From contig JAFGCE010000057.1 of the NCBI GenBank assembly GCA_016932755.1, positions 1-37,460 on the forward strand: a stretch of DNA of 37,460 nt, given 5' to 3'. The translations under genes were made by a program, and so were the position numbers. Shown here piece by piece: positions 1 through 9,463 of this stretch. How positions within the stretch are numbered: position 1 is the first letter of the stretch; each line of letters begins with the position of its first letter. The notes beneath the pieces were generated by a model that saw nothing but the letters and a program-made list of their open reading frames with translations, had not been told where the DNA came from and ran no database searches. This stretch comes from Candidatus Woesearchaeota archaeon. GTDB lineage: Archaea > Nanobdellota > Nanobdellia > Woesearchaeales > JAGWAF01.

Positions 1-776
1 TAGAATGGGAGCTTTTCTCAAAAGCTGTGAAGTATTTCAAGAGGTTTGTGCATAAGGCAAGCGGGGCTTTTGCAAGGTACTGCTACAAAAGATGCCAGCT
101 TCTGCTAATACCATCATCTGATGTCGGAAGAATATTGAAAGAAAACAGGATAAAGACGCAGACAAAGGTTGTCCATCTTGGGGCTGATGTTGCAAAGTTC
201 ATACCTCCTATTGACAAAAAAAAGGCAAAAAAGCTTGTAAAAATAAACCCAAGATACAATGTAATCGGGTTCTGCGGGAGGATTGGAAGGGAAAAAGACC
301 TTCCGACATTGTACAACGCGTTCTCAAAGCTGAGCAAGATAAGGACAGACATAAAGCTGCTGATAGTCGGCAGCGGGCTGAAAGAAACTGAAAAGGCGCT
401 TCTGGAGGATAAAAACATTATTCTTGCAGGCTCAAAAGACAATGTTGTGCCTTATCTGCAGGCAATGGATATCTATGTTCTGCCGTCGCTTACTGAAACA
501 ACATCAATATCCACGCTTGAGGCAATGTCCTGCGGGCTGGCTGTCGTTGTAACGCCTGTTGGATATGTCAAGCATTATGTCAAGGACAATGAAAACGGGC
601 TTTTTTTCCCGAAAAAGAATTCAGGGATACTTGCCCAGAAAATAAACATGCTCCTGAAAAGCGAAAAGCTGAGGCTGAAGCTTGGGGAGGAGGCAAGAAA
701 GACAATTGTCCAGAAATTCAGCTGGGAAAAGACAGTGGAAGAGCTTGAAAAAGTGCTTGGCGGGGTTTCTAAATGA
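1..776 (+). CDS. Glycosyltransferase family 4 (GT-B), 5'-truncated by window edge
   Basis: Frame open from base 3 (EWELFSKAV...). GT4 motifs GFCGRIGREKD, DIYVLPSLTETTSISTLEAMSCGLAVV, FSWE. Confidence 0.9.
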   Translation, partial: EWELFSKAVKYFKRFVHKASGAFARYCYKRCQLLLIPSSDVGRILKENRIKTQTKVVHLGADVAKFIPPIDKKKAKKLVKINPRYNVIGFCGRIGREKDLPTLYNAFSKLSKIRTDIKLLIVGSGLKETEKALLEDKNIILAGSKDNVVPYLQAMDIYVLPSLTETTSISTLEAMSCGLAVVVTPVGYVKHYVKDNENGLFFPKKNSGILAQKINMLLKSEKLRLKLGEEARKTIVQKFSWEKTVEELEKVLGGVSK

Positions 777-1204
777 GGCTGTGGAGCCTGCACCCGAAAT
801 ATCTTGACTGCAAAGGGCTTGTCGCGCTTTGGAGGGAAGGGCTTCTTGCAAAAAAAGTTCTTCAGGGAAAGACAAAAGGATACAGAAGACATCCCCAGCT
901 CCAGAGATTCAGGGGGCAGCCTATAGGGGTTATTAATTCTTATTTGAATGAGATATGGAAAGAAGCTGAAAAAAGATGCTATAAATTTGACAGGAACAAA
1001 ATAGGCAAGCTGTCCAAAAGGAAAATAAGCCTGAACAGAGGTCAGCTGAAGCTTGAATTTGGGCATCTGAAGCAAAAGCTGAGGAAAAGGGACAGGAAAA
1101 AGTATATTGAACTGCAAAAAATAAAAGAGCCCAACCAGAATCCTGTATTTATTCTCAAAAAAGGTCCTGCTGAAAGCTGGGAGAAATCTAAATCTTTAGG
1201 CTGA
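773..1204 (+). CDS. Pyrimidine dimer DNA glycosylase / T4 endonuclease V-like protein
   Basis: N-terminus MRLWSLHPKYLDxKGLVALWREGLLA and GYxxHPQLxRF, typical of the family. 4-nt overlap with the upstream gene. Confidence 0.8.
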   Translation: MRLWSLHPKYLDCKGLVALWREGLLAKKVLQGKTKGYRRHPQLQRFRGQPIGVINSYLNEIWKEAEKRCYKFDRNKIGKLSKRKISLNRGQLKLEFGHLKQKLRKRDRKKYIELQKIKEPNQNPVFILKKGPAESWEKSKSLG

Positions 1205-4200
1205 CTACATTAGAAAGCGAATGCTCGTTCATTGAGACTCCGTAAAGGTTGTCTGCTTCTGAAATCAGCGCGTCGTTGTGGGAAATCACGATGTACTGGG
1301 CGTTTTCTGTGTATTTCCTTATGAGTTTTGCAAGCTTCTCGCTGTTGTGCTTGTCAAGCGCAGCGTCAACCTCGTCAAGTATGTAGAATGACGCAGGCTC
1401 GTGCTCCTGTATTGCAAAGATGAATGCGAGGGCTGTCAGGGTTTTTTCCCCTCCTGAAAGGCTTCTTATGTCAAGGAACTTGTTTCCTGTCAGCCTGACA
1501 TTGACATTAAGCCCGCCTTCAAAAGGATTCTCAGGATTCTCAAGAGTAAGATGCGCCTCTCCTTTAGTTGACAGTGACGAGAAGATTGTCTGGAAGTTCT
1601 GCGCTATAACATTATATGTGTTCATGAAAAGGTCTTTTTTCTTGCTGTCTATCTCCCCTATGAGGTTAAGGACATCATCCTTTTCCTTTCCAAGGCTGTC
1701 CTTTTTCTTCAGCAGGGAGTTGTATTCCTTTTCAACAGACTCGTAGATTTCCAAAGCCCTCATATTGACAGAGCCGATATTTTCCCTCATTTTTTCAAAG
1801 TCGCTTATCTCCTTTTTCAGCTGCTCCTCGGGCTTTTTCATGTCAAGCTCAACACCCTCATACTGCGCAAACTCCTCGTTAATACCTGCCAGCTCAGCCC
1901 GGACCTTTGCCCTTTCCAGTGAGACTGTGTTCATCTCAAGCTCTTCTTTCCTGCTTGAATCCTCCTGCTTGTAAAGCTCGTTTTCATCAGCAGAGTTAGC
2001 CTCGTTCAGCTTGTTGATTGTGTCAAACAAGCCCTTGAATTTTGTCTGGAACTCTTTCTGCTTTTCCTCCATCTGCTTCAGGATAGACTCCCTCTGCCTG
2101 ATAATCTCATTAAGGTCTTTTGTTTCAGACTTGAAAGCATCCTCTTCCTTGTCAATATCCTTCAGAATCTTTGAAGTGTTGTCCATGTCCCTGCCGAGAA
2201 TCTCATTTACCTGCATGTCTATGTTCTTTGATTCAGAATCAATCCTGAAAAGCTCCTCAGTAAGCTGCCTTCTCTTTTCATCAAATGAGTTCAGCTCGGC
2301 TACAAGAGTCGGCTTTCTCAGCGCGCTTACTTTTTCCTTAAGCTGCTGCTTCCTGATTTTCAGGTCTGCAAGCTCCCTGTTCATTTCAGAAATCTTGTTT
2401 AGGGCTTCATCAATCTTTTTTGAAGTCTCCTCAATCTTTTCCTTTGACTTCTCCTTTATTGCCTTTGAAGCCTCAAGGTCGCCGGATTCAAGGTGAAGGC
2501 TCCTCTCGGATTTTATTATCTCGCCCTCAATGCCTGCCTTGAACTCCCTCATCTTTGTTATTTCTTCCTCGTTTGCCGCCTTCTCCCTTTCAAGCTTTGA
2601 AAGCGAAGCCTTGACTGAATCTGCCTTTTCATTAACATCTTTTATGTTTCCTGAAATTTCCTTTTCCTTGAAGCCTGAGCCTGCTTTTTTCTGCCTGTAC
2701 CCACCAATCATCGCTCCGCTCTGCTCAGCTACATCTCCGTCAATAGTAACCATTTTTGCCGAGCCGATGCCTATCCTTCTTGCCACCTCAATGCTGTCAA
2801 CAACAACAGTTTCCCCGAAAACATACTTGAATACGTTTTTGAACTTTGGCTCGAAATCAACAAGCTCAATAGCAAAGCCATGAACCCCGTCTGTTGACTT
2901 AATCTTTTTTGAGGCCGGAGATTCCTCGGACTTTATCTTGTTCAACGGAAGGAATGAAGCAACGCCAAACTTGTTTTCCTTCAGGTATTTGATGCATTTT
3001 GCAGCGACAGCGTCATTCTCAACAACAATGCTGTTTATTTTTCTTCCTGCCGCAATGCCAAGCGCTGTTGCATATTTGGACTTGACTTCCCCCAGGTCTG
3101 CAACAGTGCCGTAAACAGGAGCGCCGAACTTTGCCTTGTTTTCAAGAATCTTCTTTATTGCTATGTTTTCAGCTACCTTTTCCTTGGCGACAATATTCCT
3201 TGCCTCAAGCCTTGCAAGGTCTTCTGTCAGCTTGACAAGCTCTTTTCTCAAATCAGCTATTTTCGCAGCATTTTCGCTGTCAGCATTCAGAAGCTCGTTT
3301 AGTTCAACTGTAGCTTTCTTGAATTCTGTCTTTTTCTGCTTCAGCTTTCCAAGGTCTTCCTTGTGCTCCTTTTCAATCTCAAGGACTTTGGTTATCCTTT
3401 CGTCCATCATCTGGACCTGCATCTCAAGCCTGTCTTTTTCCCTGAGAAGGTCCTGCTGCTCTTCCCTCAGCTTGTGGACTTTTTCCTGCTTTTCCTCTGC
3501 CTTCTTGTCTAAATCATCAATCTCCTTGCTGATGTCTTCCTGGTCATCCATATTGTGCTTTTTCTTGAAATCACCGATGCTTTTCTCAATCTTTTTTCTC
3601 TGCTCCTCAATAACTCCCTTTCTCTGCTCAAGCTCGCCCTTCTGCTTGTTCAGGGAATCTATCTTTTCCTTTATTTCATCAAGGTTTTTCTGGAGCTGCT
3701 CCCTTCTCTGGTTTATCCTTGCAACCTCGTTGTTGCAGTTTCCCACCCTTGTTTTTGATGTGGCAATCTCAACCCTCAGCTTTTCAAGCTCCTTCTGCAA
3801 AGTAACCTGCTCAACTTCGCCCCTTTCCTCTGCTTCTTTTGAGATTCTTTTTATCTCTTCCTTTCTTGCAGAAATTCCGTCCTTAAGCTTCCTTATTTGG
3901 GCGTTGAACTTGTCAAGCTTTGCCTTTTTCTTGTCAAGCTTTTCCTGCAGCTTGCCTGAGACTTCCTCTCTCTTGTCAATCTGCCTTTTGAGGTATGATG
4001 CCTTGTTCTGCTTTATCTGGTCGTTCAGGTTTTTGTATTTCAGGGCCTGGTCCCTTTCCTTTTTCAGCTCCTTGAGATAAGCCTGCCTTTCTTTCAAAAC
4101 AATCTCTGCTTCTGTCAGCTTTTCATCAACCTTTTCAAGCTCCTTCAGCGCTTTCTGCTTCTTTTCCTCATAAACCGAGATTCCTGCTATCTCCTCAACT

Positions 4201-4682
4201 ATCTGCCTTTTCTCAACAGTCGGCATCTCAACAAACCTTATGATATCTCCCTGCAGGATAATATTGTATCCATCAGGGTCAATTTTAGCGAGGGACAGCA
4301 AATCAAGAATCTGCTGTTTTGTCCTTGTCTTGTTGTTGATTTTGTACTTGCTCTGGCCGTTGCTCCTGACTATTCTTGAGATTTTCACAACAGGCTCTTC
4401 TGTTGGGAAGATTTTTGTGCCGTTGTCAAAGTAAATGCTTACCTCCCCGTCTTTTGCAGGCTTTTTCAGCTTTCCGCCGTTGTAGATTAAGTTTGAGCTT
4501 TTTTCAGCCCTAAGCCCCTTTGCAGAGCCTTTCCCAAGAACAAAGCAGAGAGCGTCAAGGACATTGGATTTGCCTGAGCCGTTCGGACCGAGGATTACAT
4601 TAAACTCATCTCCAAAGAGAATTTCTGTCCTTTTTCCAAAGGACTTGAATCCGTTCATCACTATTTTGTTTATCTTCGTCAC
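1188..4682 (-). CDS. smc: Chromosome segregation ATPase SMC
   Basis: Walker A GPNGSGKSN, long coiled coils, hinge with GxxxGG (SGAMIGG), signature LSGGEK, Walker B LDEVDAALD. GTG start. Confidence 0.97.
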   Translation of the reverse strand: MTKINKIVMNGFKSFGKRTEILFGDEFNVILGPNGSGKSNVLDALCFVLGKGSAKGLRAEKSSNLIYNGGKLKKPAKDGEVSIYFDNGTKIFPTEEPVVKISRIVRSNGQSKYKINNKTRTKQQILDLLSLAKIDPDGYNIILQGDIIRFVEMPTVEKRQIVEEIAGISVYEEKKQKALKELEKVDEKLTEAEIVLKERQAYLKELKKERDQALKYKNLNDQIKQNKASYLKRQIDKREEVSGKLQEKLDKKKAKLDKFNAQIRKLKDGISARKEEIKRISKEAEERGEVEQVTLQKELEKLRVEIATSKTRVGNCNNEVARINQRREQLQKNLDEIKEKIDSLNKQKGELEQRKGVIEEQRKKIEKSIGDFKKKHNMDDQEDISKEIDDLDKKAEEKQEKVHKLREEQQDLLREKDRLEMQVQMMDERITKVLEIEKEHKEDLGKLKQKKTEFKKATVELNELLNADSENAAKIADLRKELVKLTEDLARLEARNIVAKEKVAENIAIKKILENKAKFGAPVYGTVADLGEVKSKYATALGIAAGRKINSIVVENDAVAAKCIKYLKENKFGVASFLPLNKIKSEESPASKKIKSTDGVHGFAIELVDFEPKFKNVFKYVFGETVVVDSIEVARRIGIGSAKMVTIDGDVAEQSGAMIGGYRQKKAGSGFKEKEISGNIKDVNEKADSVKASLSKLEREKAANEEEITKMREFKAGIEGEIIKSERSLHLESGDLEASKAIKEKSKEKIEETSKKIDEALNKISEMNRELADLKIRKQQLKEKVSALRKPTLVAELNSFDEKRRQLTEELFRIDSESKNIDMQVNEILGRDMDNTSKILKDIDKEEDAFKSETKDLNEIIRQRESILKQMEEKQKEFQTKFKGLFDTINKLNEANSADENELYKQEDSSRKEELEMNTVSLERAKVRAELAGINEEFAQYEGVELDMKKPEEQLKKEISDFEKMRENIGSVNMRALEIYESVEKEYNSLLKKKDSLGKEKDDVLNLIGEIDSKKKDLFMNTYNVIAQNFQTIFSSLSTKGEAHLTLENPENPFEGGLNVNVRLTGNKFLDIRSLSGGEKTLTALAFIFAIQEHEPASFYILDEVDAALDKHNSEKLAKLIRKYTENAQYIVISHNDALISEADNLYGVSMNEHSLSNVVSLKI

Positions 4683-4765
4683 TTTTATTCTATTTGATGT
4701 AGAATCATTTGATATTTAAATTATGCGGTTGGGTTTGGGCTGTTTTCACCACTAAAATCAACAAA

Positions 4766-5422
4766 TCAGAACTCTCCAAGCTGTTTCTGCTCTTTTGCCT
4801 TTGCAACGTTCTTGTATGAAGCCCATGTCTGCCTGAATATCTCAGGAAACCTGCTCCAGTTTTTCTTCAAAAAAAGCTGGGTTTTCTCATCAGAAGGATA
4901 GCCTGAGCCGAAGTCAATCCCTATGCTTTCCTTTATTTTCTCAATTTCCCTGTCCCTTGTAACCTTGGCTATTATGGATGATGCTGCAACAACAGTGTAC
5001 TTGACATCAGCCTTGTGCTCTGCAACCAGCTTAAGCTTTTTGTTTTCGAGATTTTTCCTTATCTCGGCAGCATAAGCAGAAGTGTTGTTGCTTGGGCAGT
5101 CCAGCAAAGCCTTGTCAGGCTTCAGCTTGTTTAAAATCTTTGCAGAAGTTTTTGCCTCAAGCTTGTTCAGGTTTGAGTTCGGGTCTCTTAATGCATCGTC
5201 AATTTCCTGAGCTGAAATTATGACAACCTCGTACTTCTTGACCATTGCCTTAATCTGGTCAAACAGTATTTCCCTTGTGCGGGGAGTCAGCAGCTTGGAG
5301 TCTTTTGCGCCGATGCTCTTTAGTTTAATTTCGTCCTTTTCATCAACAAGAACCCCGCACATCACCATAGGTCCGATTACAGGACCTCTTCCTGCCTCCT
5401 CAACACCGGCTATCATGACCAT
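4766..5422 (-). CDS. rnhB: Ribonuclease HII
   Basis: GVEEAGRGPVIGP, DSKLL, AASSIIAKVTRD, GSGYPSD. C-terminal PIP box QKQLGEF. Confidence 0.96.
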   Translation of the reverse strand: MVMIAGVEEAGRGPVIGPMVMCGVLVDEKDEIKLKSIGAKDSKLLTPRTREILFDQIKAMVKKYEVVIISAQEIDDALRDPNSNLNKLEAKTSAKILNKLKPDKALLDCPSNNTSAYAAEIRKNLENKKLKLVAEHKADVKYTVVAASSIIAKVTRDREIEKIKESIGIDFGSGYPSDEKTQLFLKKNWSRFPEIFRQTWASYKNVAKAKEQKQLGEF

Positions 5423-5433
5423 AGAATTATTAT

Positions 5434-6024
5434 TTATCTGAAGATATTTAAGATTTTTGAAAAAAACATGGAAATCCAGGATGGCCCCCTTTCAGAAAGA
5501 GGGACATAATGGTACTCAAGATGCTCTATCTCAACTGTTGTGCCCTCGTCTACAAGGAAAAATATGTCTATCTTGTCCATGTCATCTATTTTAAGATAGC
5601 ATGTGTCTATGCATTCGCTTGTGAAACTTATCTCGCCTGTATTGTTTGTGCTTCCTGTGTCCAGAACAGCGCTGCCTGTAAGCGCATTTTCAACATCTGC
5701 AAACATGTCTGTTATTGTCTCTGCAATGCCGTCTTTTCTTTCGTTATAGCTGAATATTTCAAGCCCTGTGCCGTTGTAGTCCATAACAGCCATTGCCCTT
5801 CCAGGGCCTATGACCTTTCCGCAAAGCTTGACAGAAATCAGCTCTGAGCCTTCAGGCAGGGCAAGGTCAAATGTCTGCATCTGGCTTTTGTCCAGCACAA
5901 GATTCAGGTTCAGGCGCTTTTCATTGAACTTCCCAGGAACAAATCCTGTAATTTTGGTAAATGCTGCTGCAGAAGGAGCTAGCAAAAGAATAAGTACAAT
6001 TAATATTAGCGTTCTCCTTGGCAT
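5434..6024 (-). CDS. Hypothetical secreted/surface protein
   Basis: Signal peptide (MPRR + hydrophobic core + AAA), beta-rich body, amphipathic C-terminus. Confidence 0.75.
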   Translation of the reverse strand: MPRRTLILIVLILLLAPSAAAFTKITGFVPGKFNEKRLNLNLVLDKSQMQTFDLALPEGSELISVKLCGKVIGPGRAMAVMDYNGTGLEIFSYNERKDGIAETITDMFADVENALTGSAVLDTGSTNNTGEISFTSECIDTCYLKIDDMDKIDIFFLVDEGTTVEIEHLEYHYVPLSERGPSWISMFFSKILNIFR

Positions 6025-6137
6025 TTTGCCTCTTTTTATTAAAGTCGCCAGTTTAATATAAAAGCTTTATGCTTGTATGGGGCATTTTTCCGGCAATAAT
6101 AGAAAACTATATAAATTTAAACAAAAGAATGTTTCCC

Positions 6138-6476
6138 ATGAAAGAAGAGGTAATCCAGTTTATCGGAGTAAAGGACTTGAGCGATGAAGAGCAGGCAACT
6201 GTAAACATGCTTTCTACAGAATATTACGGAAAGATAAAGAGAAGCCTCAAGAATCTTACATCGCTTGCAGTCCAGGTAAAAACATACCAAAAAGAAGGAG
6301 CCAAGAAAAAATATTCAGTCAATGTGAGGGTTATTGCTCCGACACATATTATTGAAGCTGACAAGGCATCTGACTGGGACCTTGCAAGAACCATGCACAA
6401 GGCTTTCAAGAATATCGAGCACGAGATTGAGCACAAATTAAAGGTTAGTTCTCAGAAACCAAGGGGATATGAATAA
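6138..6476 (+). CDS. Putative HPF/RaiA (S30AE-fold)-like ribosome-associated protein
   Basis: Start moved to ATG 6138 (TATATAAA begins at 6108). Residue pattern fits beta-alpha-beta-beta-beta-alpha; KYSVNVRV and WDLARTMHKAFKNIEHEI resemble the HPF last strands and helix. Function inferred. Confidence 0.6.
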   Translation: MKEEVIQFIGVKDLSDEEQATVNMLSTEYYGKIKRSLKNLTSLAVQVKTYQKEGAKKKYSVNVRVIAPTHIIEADKASDWDLARTMHKAFKNIEHEIEHKLKVSSQKPRGYE

Positions 6477-6574
6477 ATAATAATATAATAATAGCAATGG
6501 GTGGGTATAAATCAGTTCTTTCGCCAACTGGGAGCGAAATGGGTTTCGCTGCGCTCAAGCCCATAAAGAAAAAA

Positions 6575-6649
6575 TAGCGAGGGGTGGATTTGAACCACCG
6601 ACCTGAGGGTTATGAGCCCTCCGGGCACTCCTGGCTGCCCTACCTCGCT
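6575..6649 (-). tRNA. Initiator tRNA-Met (CAT)
   Basis: Acceptor AGCGAGG/CCTCGCT with A1-U72, anticodon arm GAGGG-CTCATAA-CCCTC with three consecutive G-C pairs, T-arm GGTGG-TTCAAAT-CCACC. No intron; CCA not encoded. Confidence 0.96.
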
Positions 6650-6758
6650 GTATAATCCAAAGGATAAGAAGTTCATTTAAAAATGTTGTGGTGATTAGGA
6701 AACTGCCTTCTTTTTTCAGAAACTTTTAAAAACAAGTGCGGATATCATACAGGATATT

Positions 6759-6842
6759 GCCACCGTCGCATAACCTGGTATTGCGCAGGATTGCTAATCC
6801 TGTTTCCTTCGGGATATCTGGGTTCAAATCCCAGCGGTGGCG
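6759..6842 (+). tRNA. tRNA-Ser (GCT)
   Basis: Acceptor GCCACCG/CGGTGGC, discriminator G, anticodon arm CAGGA-TTGCTAA-TCCTG, long variable arm TCC-TTCG-GGA, T-arm CTGGG-TTCAAAT-CCCAG. TTTTAAA box at ~6724. Confidence 0.96.
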
Positions 6843-7345
6843 TTTGATTTTTTCAAGAATTCTCTGCATTTCTCGACAGTTTCGTCGTAGTATGTGTTAA
6901 GCAGGTTTATCTTTCTCTTTTTTATGAACTTCTCAACTTCCTTCATGTAGCTCCTTTTTGTGCTTGGAAACTGCCTGCAGCTTGCAGGCCTTTTTTCATA
7001 TACAGTGCATAAATTTTTTTTGTAGAACGGGCAGGAATCATGGTTCAAGTAATAATCATAGACTATTACCTTATTGTTGTCCTTGTCATAAATCAGCTTG
7101 TTGGGGAGTACTTCAAGATTTATGCCGAGCTTTTTTGCCTCGTTTTTCAGCACTCTTGCCTCTTCAGGGCTTAATGCAAGATAAAATTTTCTTAATGTCC
7201 TTATGTAAACAACCCCTACTTTGTTGAAAATATGCTTCTTAAGCTTAAGCTCCTCATCCTCAGTCAAGTCTATTTCCTTTCCGAGGTTTGTACAGCACCA
7301 CCCGCACCTTTTGCAGACTTTCTCATTGCATGATGTTTTTTCCAT
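6824..7345 (-). CDS. YkgJ family (CxxCxxCC) cysteine-cluster protein
   Basis: CKRCGWCC ... CPFY...CTVYEKRPASCRQFP. Confidence 0.88.
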   Translation of the reverse strand: MEKTSCNEKVCKRCGWCCTNLGKEIDLTEDEELKLKKHIFNKVGVVYIRTLRKFYLALSPEEARVLKNEAKKLGINLEVLPNKLIYDKDNNKVIVYDYYLNHDSCPFYKKNLCTVYEKRPASCRQFPSTKRSYMKEVEKFIKKRKINLLNTYYDETVEKCREFLKKSNATAGI

Positions 7346-7428
7346 GAATCCAATTGAATAAGCAAATCCATATTTAAAGATGATGTATCAGAAATATATT
7401 TAAATACAGCAACCAAAAATAAATAAAA

Positions 7429-9426
7429 ATGAAAAAAGAGCTGGCGGTAGTATTATTTGTCCTGATTTTAGCTTTTCCTGCAGCAGCCCAGGATAATGAG
7501 ATATATGACAGGACCTACCTCCTACTGGATTCAGAAATCTCATCGTCAATAGATATAATAAGGCAGCCCGGCTCAAGAATTGACTATGTAAATGCTGAGC
7601 TTTACTTCTTCCCCCAGACTGACAAGAGGCAGTCTGTCCTTGAGATTGAAACAGAGCCTGAGGCAGCGCCTGCAGAAGAAAAGTTTATTTTCAGCTGGCA
7701 AAGCCCTGCGGAAGACCGGCTTGAATATTCTGTAAAATCATCTGTAAAAGTTGAAAACAAGTTTGAAAAGGTGTATGAAAAAATAAGTTTTCCGATAACA
7801 GACGATATCCCTGCAGATGTTGCTGAATACAAAAACCCCACTGAAAAAGTGGATTCAGGAAGCAGCGAGATTGTGAAGCTGGCAAACCAGCTGGCAGAAG
7901 GCGAGGATGACCTGTTTATAGTCATCCACAACATTGCCGAATGGGTTGAGGAGAACATCAAGTATGACCTCAATACTGTAACAGCAGAGGCTTCGCAAAA
8001 AGCCTCATGGGTGCTGGCTAACAGGCAGGGAGTCTGCGATGAGCTGACAAACCTTTTTATGGCAATGTGCCGTTCTCTGGGAATACCTGCAAGATTTATT
8101 TCAGGAATTTCCTACACCAATGACCCCCAGTTTGCAGAAAAATGGGGGCCCCACGGCTGGGCCGAAGTCTATCTTCCCGGCTATGGATGGGTTCCTTTTG
8201 ATGTTACTTACGGAGAGCTTGGCTGGATTGACCCAAGCCATATCAAGCTGCTTGAAAGCATTGACCCTGACAGGCCCTCAGGGAAGATTGAGTGGAGGGG
8301 GCTTAATTTTGAGGCAAAAGGAAGCAAGTTCAATCTCAAGACATCAATAACAGAAACAGGCGGGAAAATACTTGATACTGTTGAGATAACAGCAAAAGCC
8401 CACAAAAGGAAAACCGGCTTCGGCTCATACAACCTTTTTGAGGCTGACATCAGGAATTTAAGGGATTATTATGTCACTACAGATATCTCTGTCTCAGCGC
8501 CGAAAGAAGTGGAAGTAGCAGGAAGCAGCACCCAGCACATAATTTTAAGGCCTGGAGAAACAAAAAAAATTTTCTGGGTTTTAAAGGTGAGCCCAAGCCT
8601 TGGCAAGGAATATGTTTACACATTCCCCCTGATTGCCTACAACCAGAGAAACACATCTGGCGAGACCGAGTTCAGGGCAGAATACAGGGAAACAGTGTAT
8701 TCCCAGGAAGAGATTGAAGAGCTTGTGGCAATTGTGGGAGGGGCAGAGGAAAAAGAGTATTCAAAAGACCTGAGTATTGAGTGCGCGGCAGAAAAAGGGG
8801 AGTTTTATTATTACGAAGACAACTCAATCAGATGCGTTTTGGAGAATAAGGGGAATACTGCTCTTGAAAACATTCAGGTCTGCTACGGCACGGACTGCAA
8901 AAGAATACCCCAGATTACAATAGCGCAAAAAGAGGAGGCTGTGTTTGATATTGCAGAAGAGATGCCAGGAGAAAGAGGCACGTCAATAACAGCCAAAAAC
9001 CAGGATGTTTCAGCATCTGTGTATGTTCCTTTTGTTGTTCTTGACAATCCAAAAGCAAAAATCGAAGGGCTGAATTTTCAGCAGCAGGTTGAATACAGCG
9101 ATGAATCTGCTGTTGAGTTCACAATATCAAAAGAGTCATACTCAATCCTTTACAATGCAAAAATCAGTGTAGGCAGCAGCAGAATCAGGCAGGAATGGGA
9201 GTTTGAAGAAATGGGCGAGACAAAGAATTTTGTTTTTGAGTTTCCTGCAAGCTCGCTGAAGGCAGGGAAAAACGATTTTTCAATAACTGCCTATTATGAG
9301 GACAAGTATGGAAAGAGCTATTCTGAAGAAGAGCATTTCGAGATAGAGCTGGCAAACCTGAGCCTTGTGCAGAGGGCTGCAACAATAGCCAAGGGAATCG
9401 TGTTCTTTATTGTCAACCTTTTTTAG
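7429..9426 (+). CDS. Secreted transglutaminase-like (Cys-His-Asp) protein with C-terminal beta-sandwich-like domains
   Basis: Signal peptide; GVCDELTNLF..CRSLGIPAR, HGWAEVY, GWVPFDVT. TTTAAATA begins 30 nt upstream. Confidence 0.9.
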   Translation: MKKELAVVLFVLILAFPAAAQDNEIYDRTYLLLDSEISSSIDIIRQPGSRIDYVNAELYFFPQTDKRQSVLEIETEPEAAPAEEKFIFSWQSPAEDRLEYSVKSSVKVENKFEKVYEKISFPITDDIPADVAEYKNPTEKVDSGSSEIVKLANQLAEGEDDLFIVIHNIAEWVEENIKYDLNTVTAEASQKASWVLANRQGVCDELTNLFMAMCRSLGIPARFISGISYTNDPQFAEKWGPHGWAEVYLPGYGWVPFDVTYGELGWIDPSHIKLLESIDPDRPSGKIEWRGLNFEAKGSKFNLKTSITETGGKILDTVEITAKAHKRKTGFGSYNLFEADIRNLRDYYVTTDISVSAPKEVEVAGSSTQHIILRPGETKKIFWVLKVSPSLGKEYVYTFPLIAYNQRNTSGETEFRAEYRETVYSQEEIEELVAIVGGAEEKEYSKDLSIECAAEKGEFYYYEDNSIRCVLENKGNTALENIQVCYGTDCKRIPQITIAQKEEAVFDIAEEMPGERGTSITAKNQDVSASVYVPFVVLDNPKAKIEGLNFQQQVEYSDESAVEFTISKESYSILYNAKISVGSSRIRQEWEFEEMGETKNFVFEFPASSLKAGKNDFSITAYYEDKYGKSYSEEEHFEIELANLSLVQRAATIAKGIVFFIVNLF

Positions 9427-9463
9427 GTAAATTTATAAACAAGAAAGGAACTTGTTTTTTAGT

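Noticed and set aside
3136..4080. 314-aa + strand ORF and other ORFs antisense to smc
   Set aside because: Ser/Phe/Leu-rich shadow of Lys/Glu codons on the opposite strand; no start signals.
6759..7345. Integrated element at tRNA-Ser
   Set aside because: No integrase and no duplicate of the tRNA 3' end noticed in the window.
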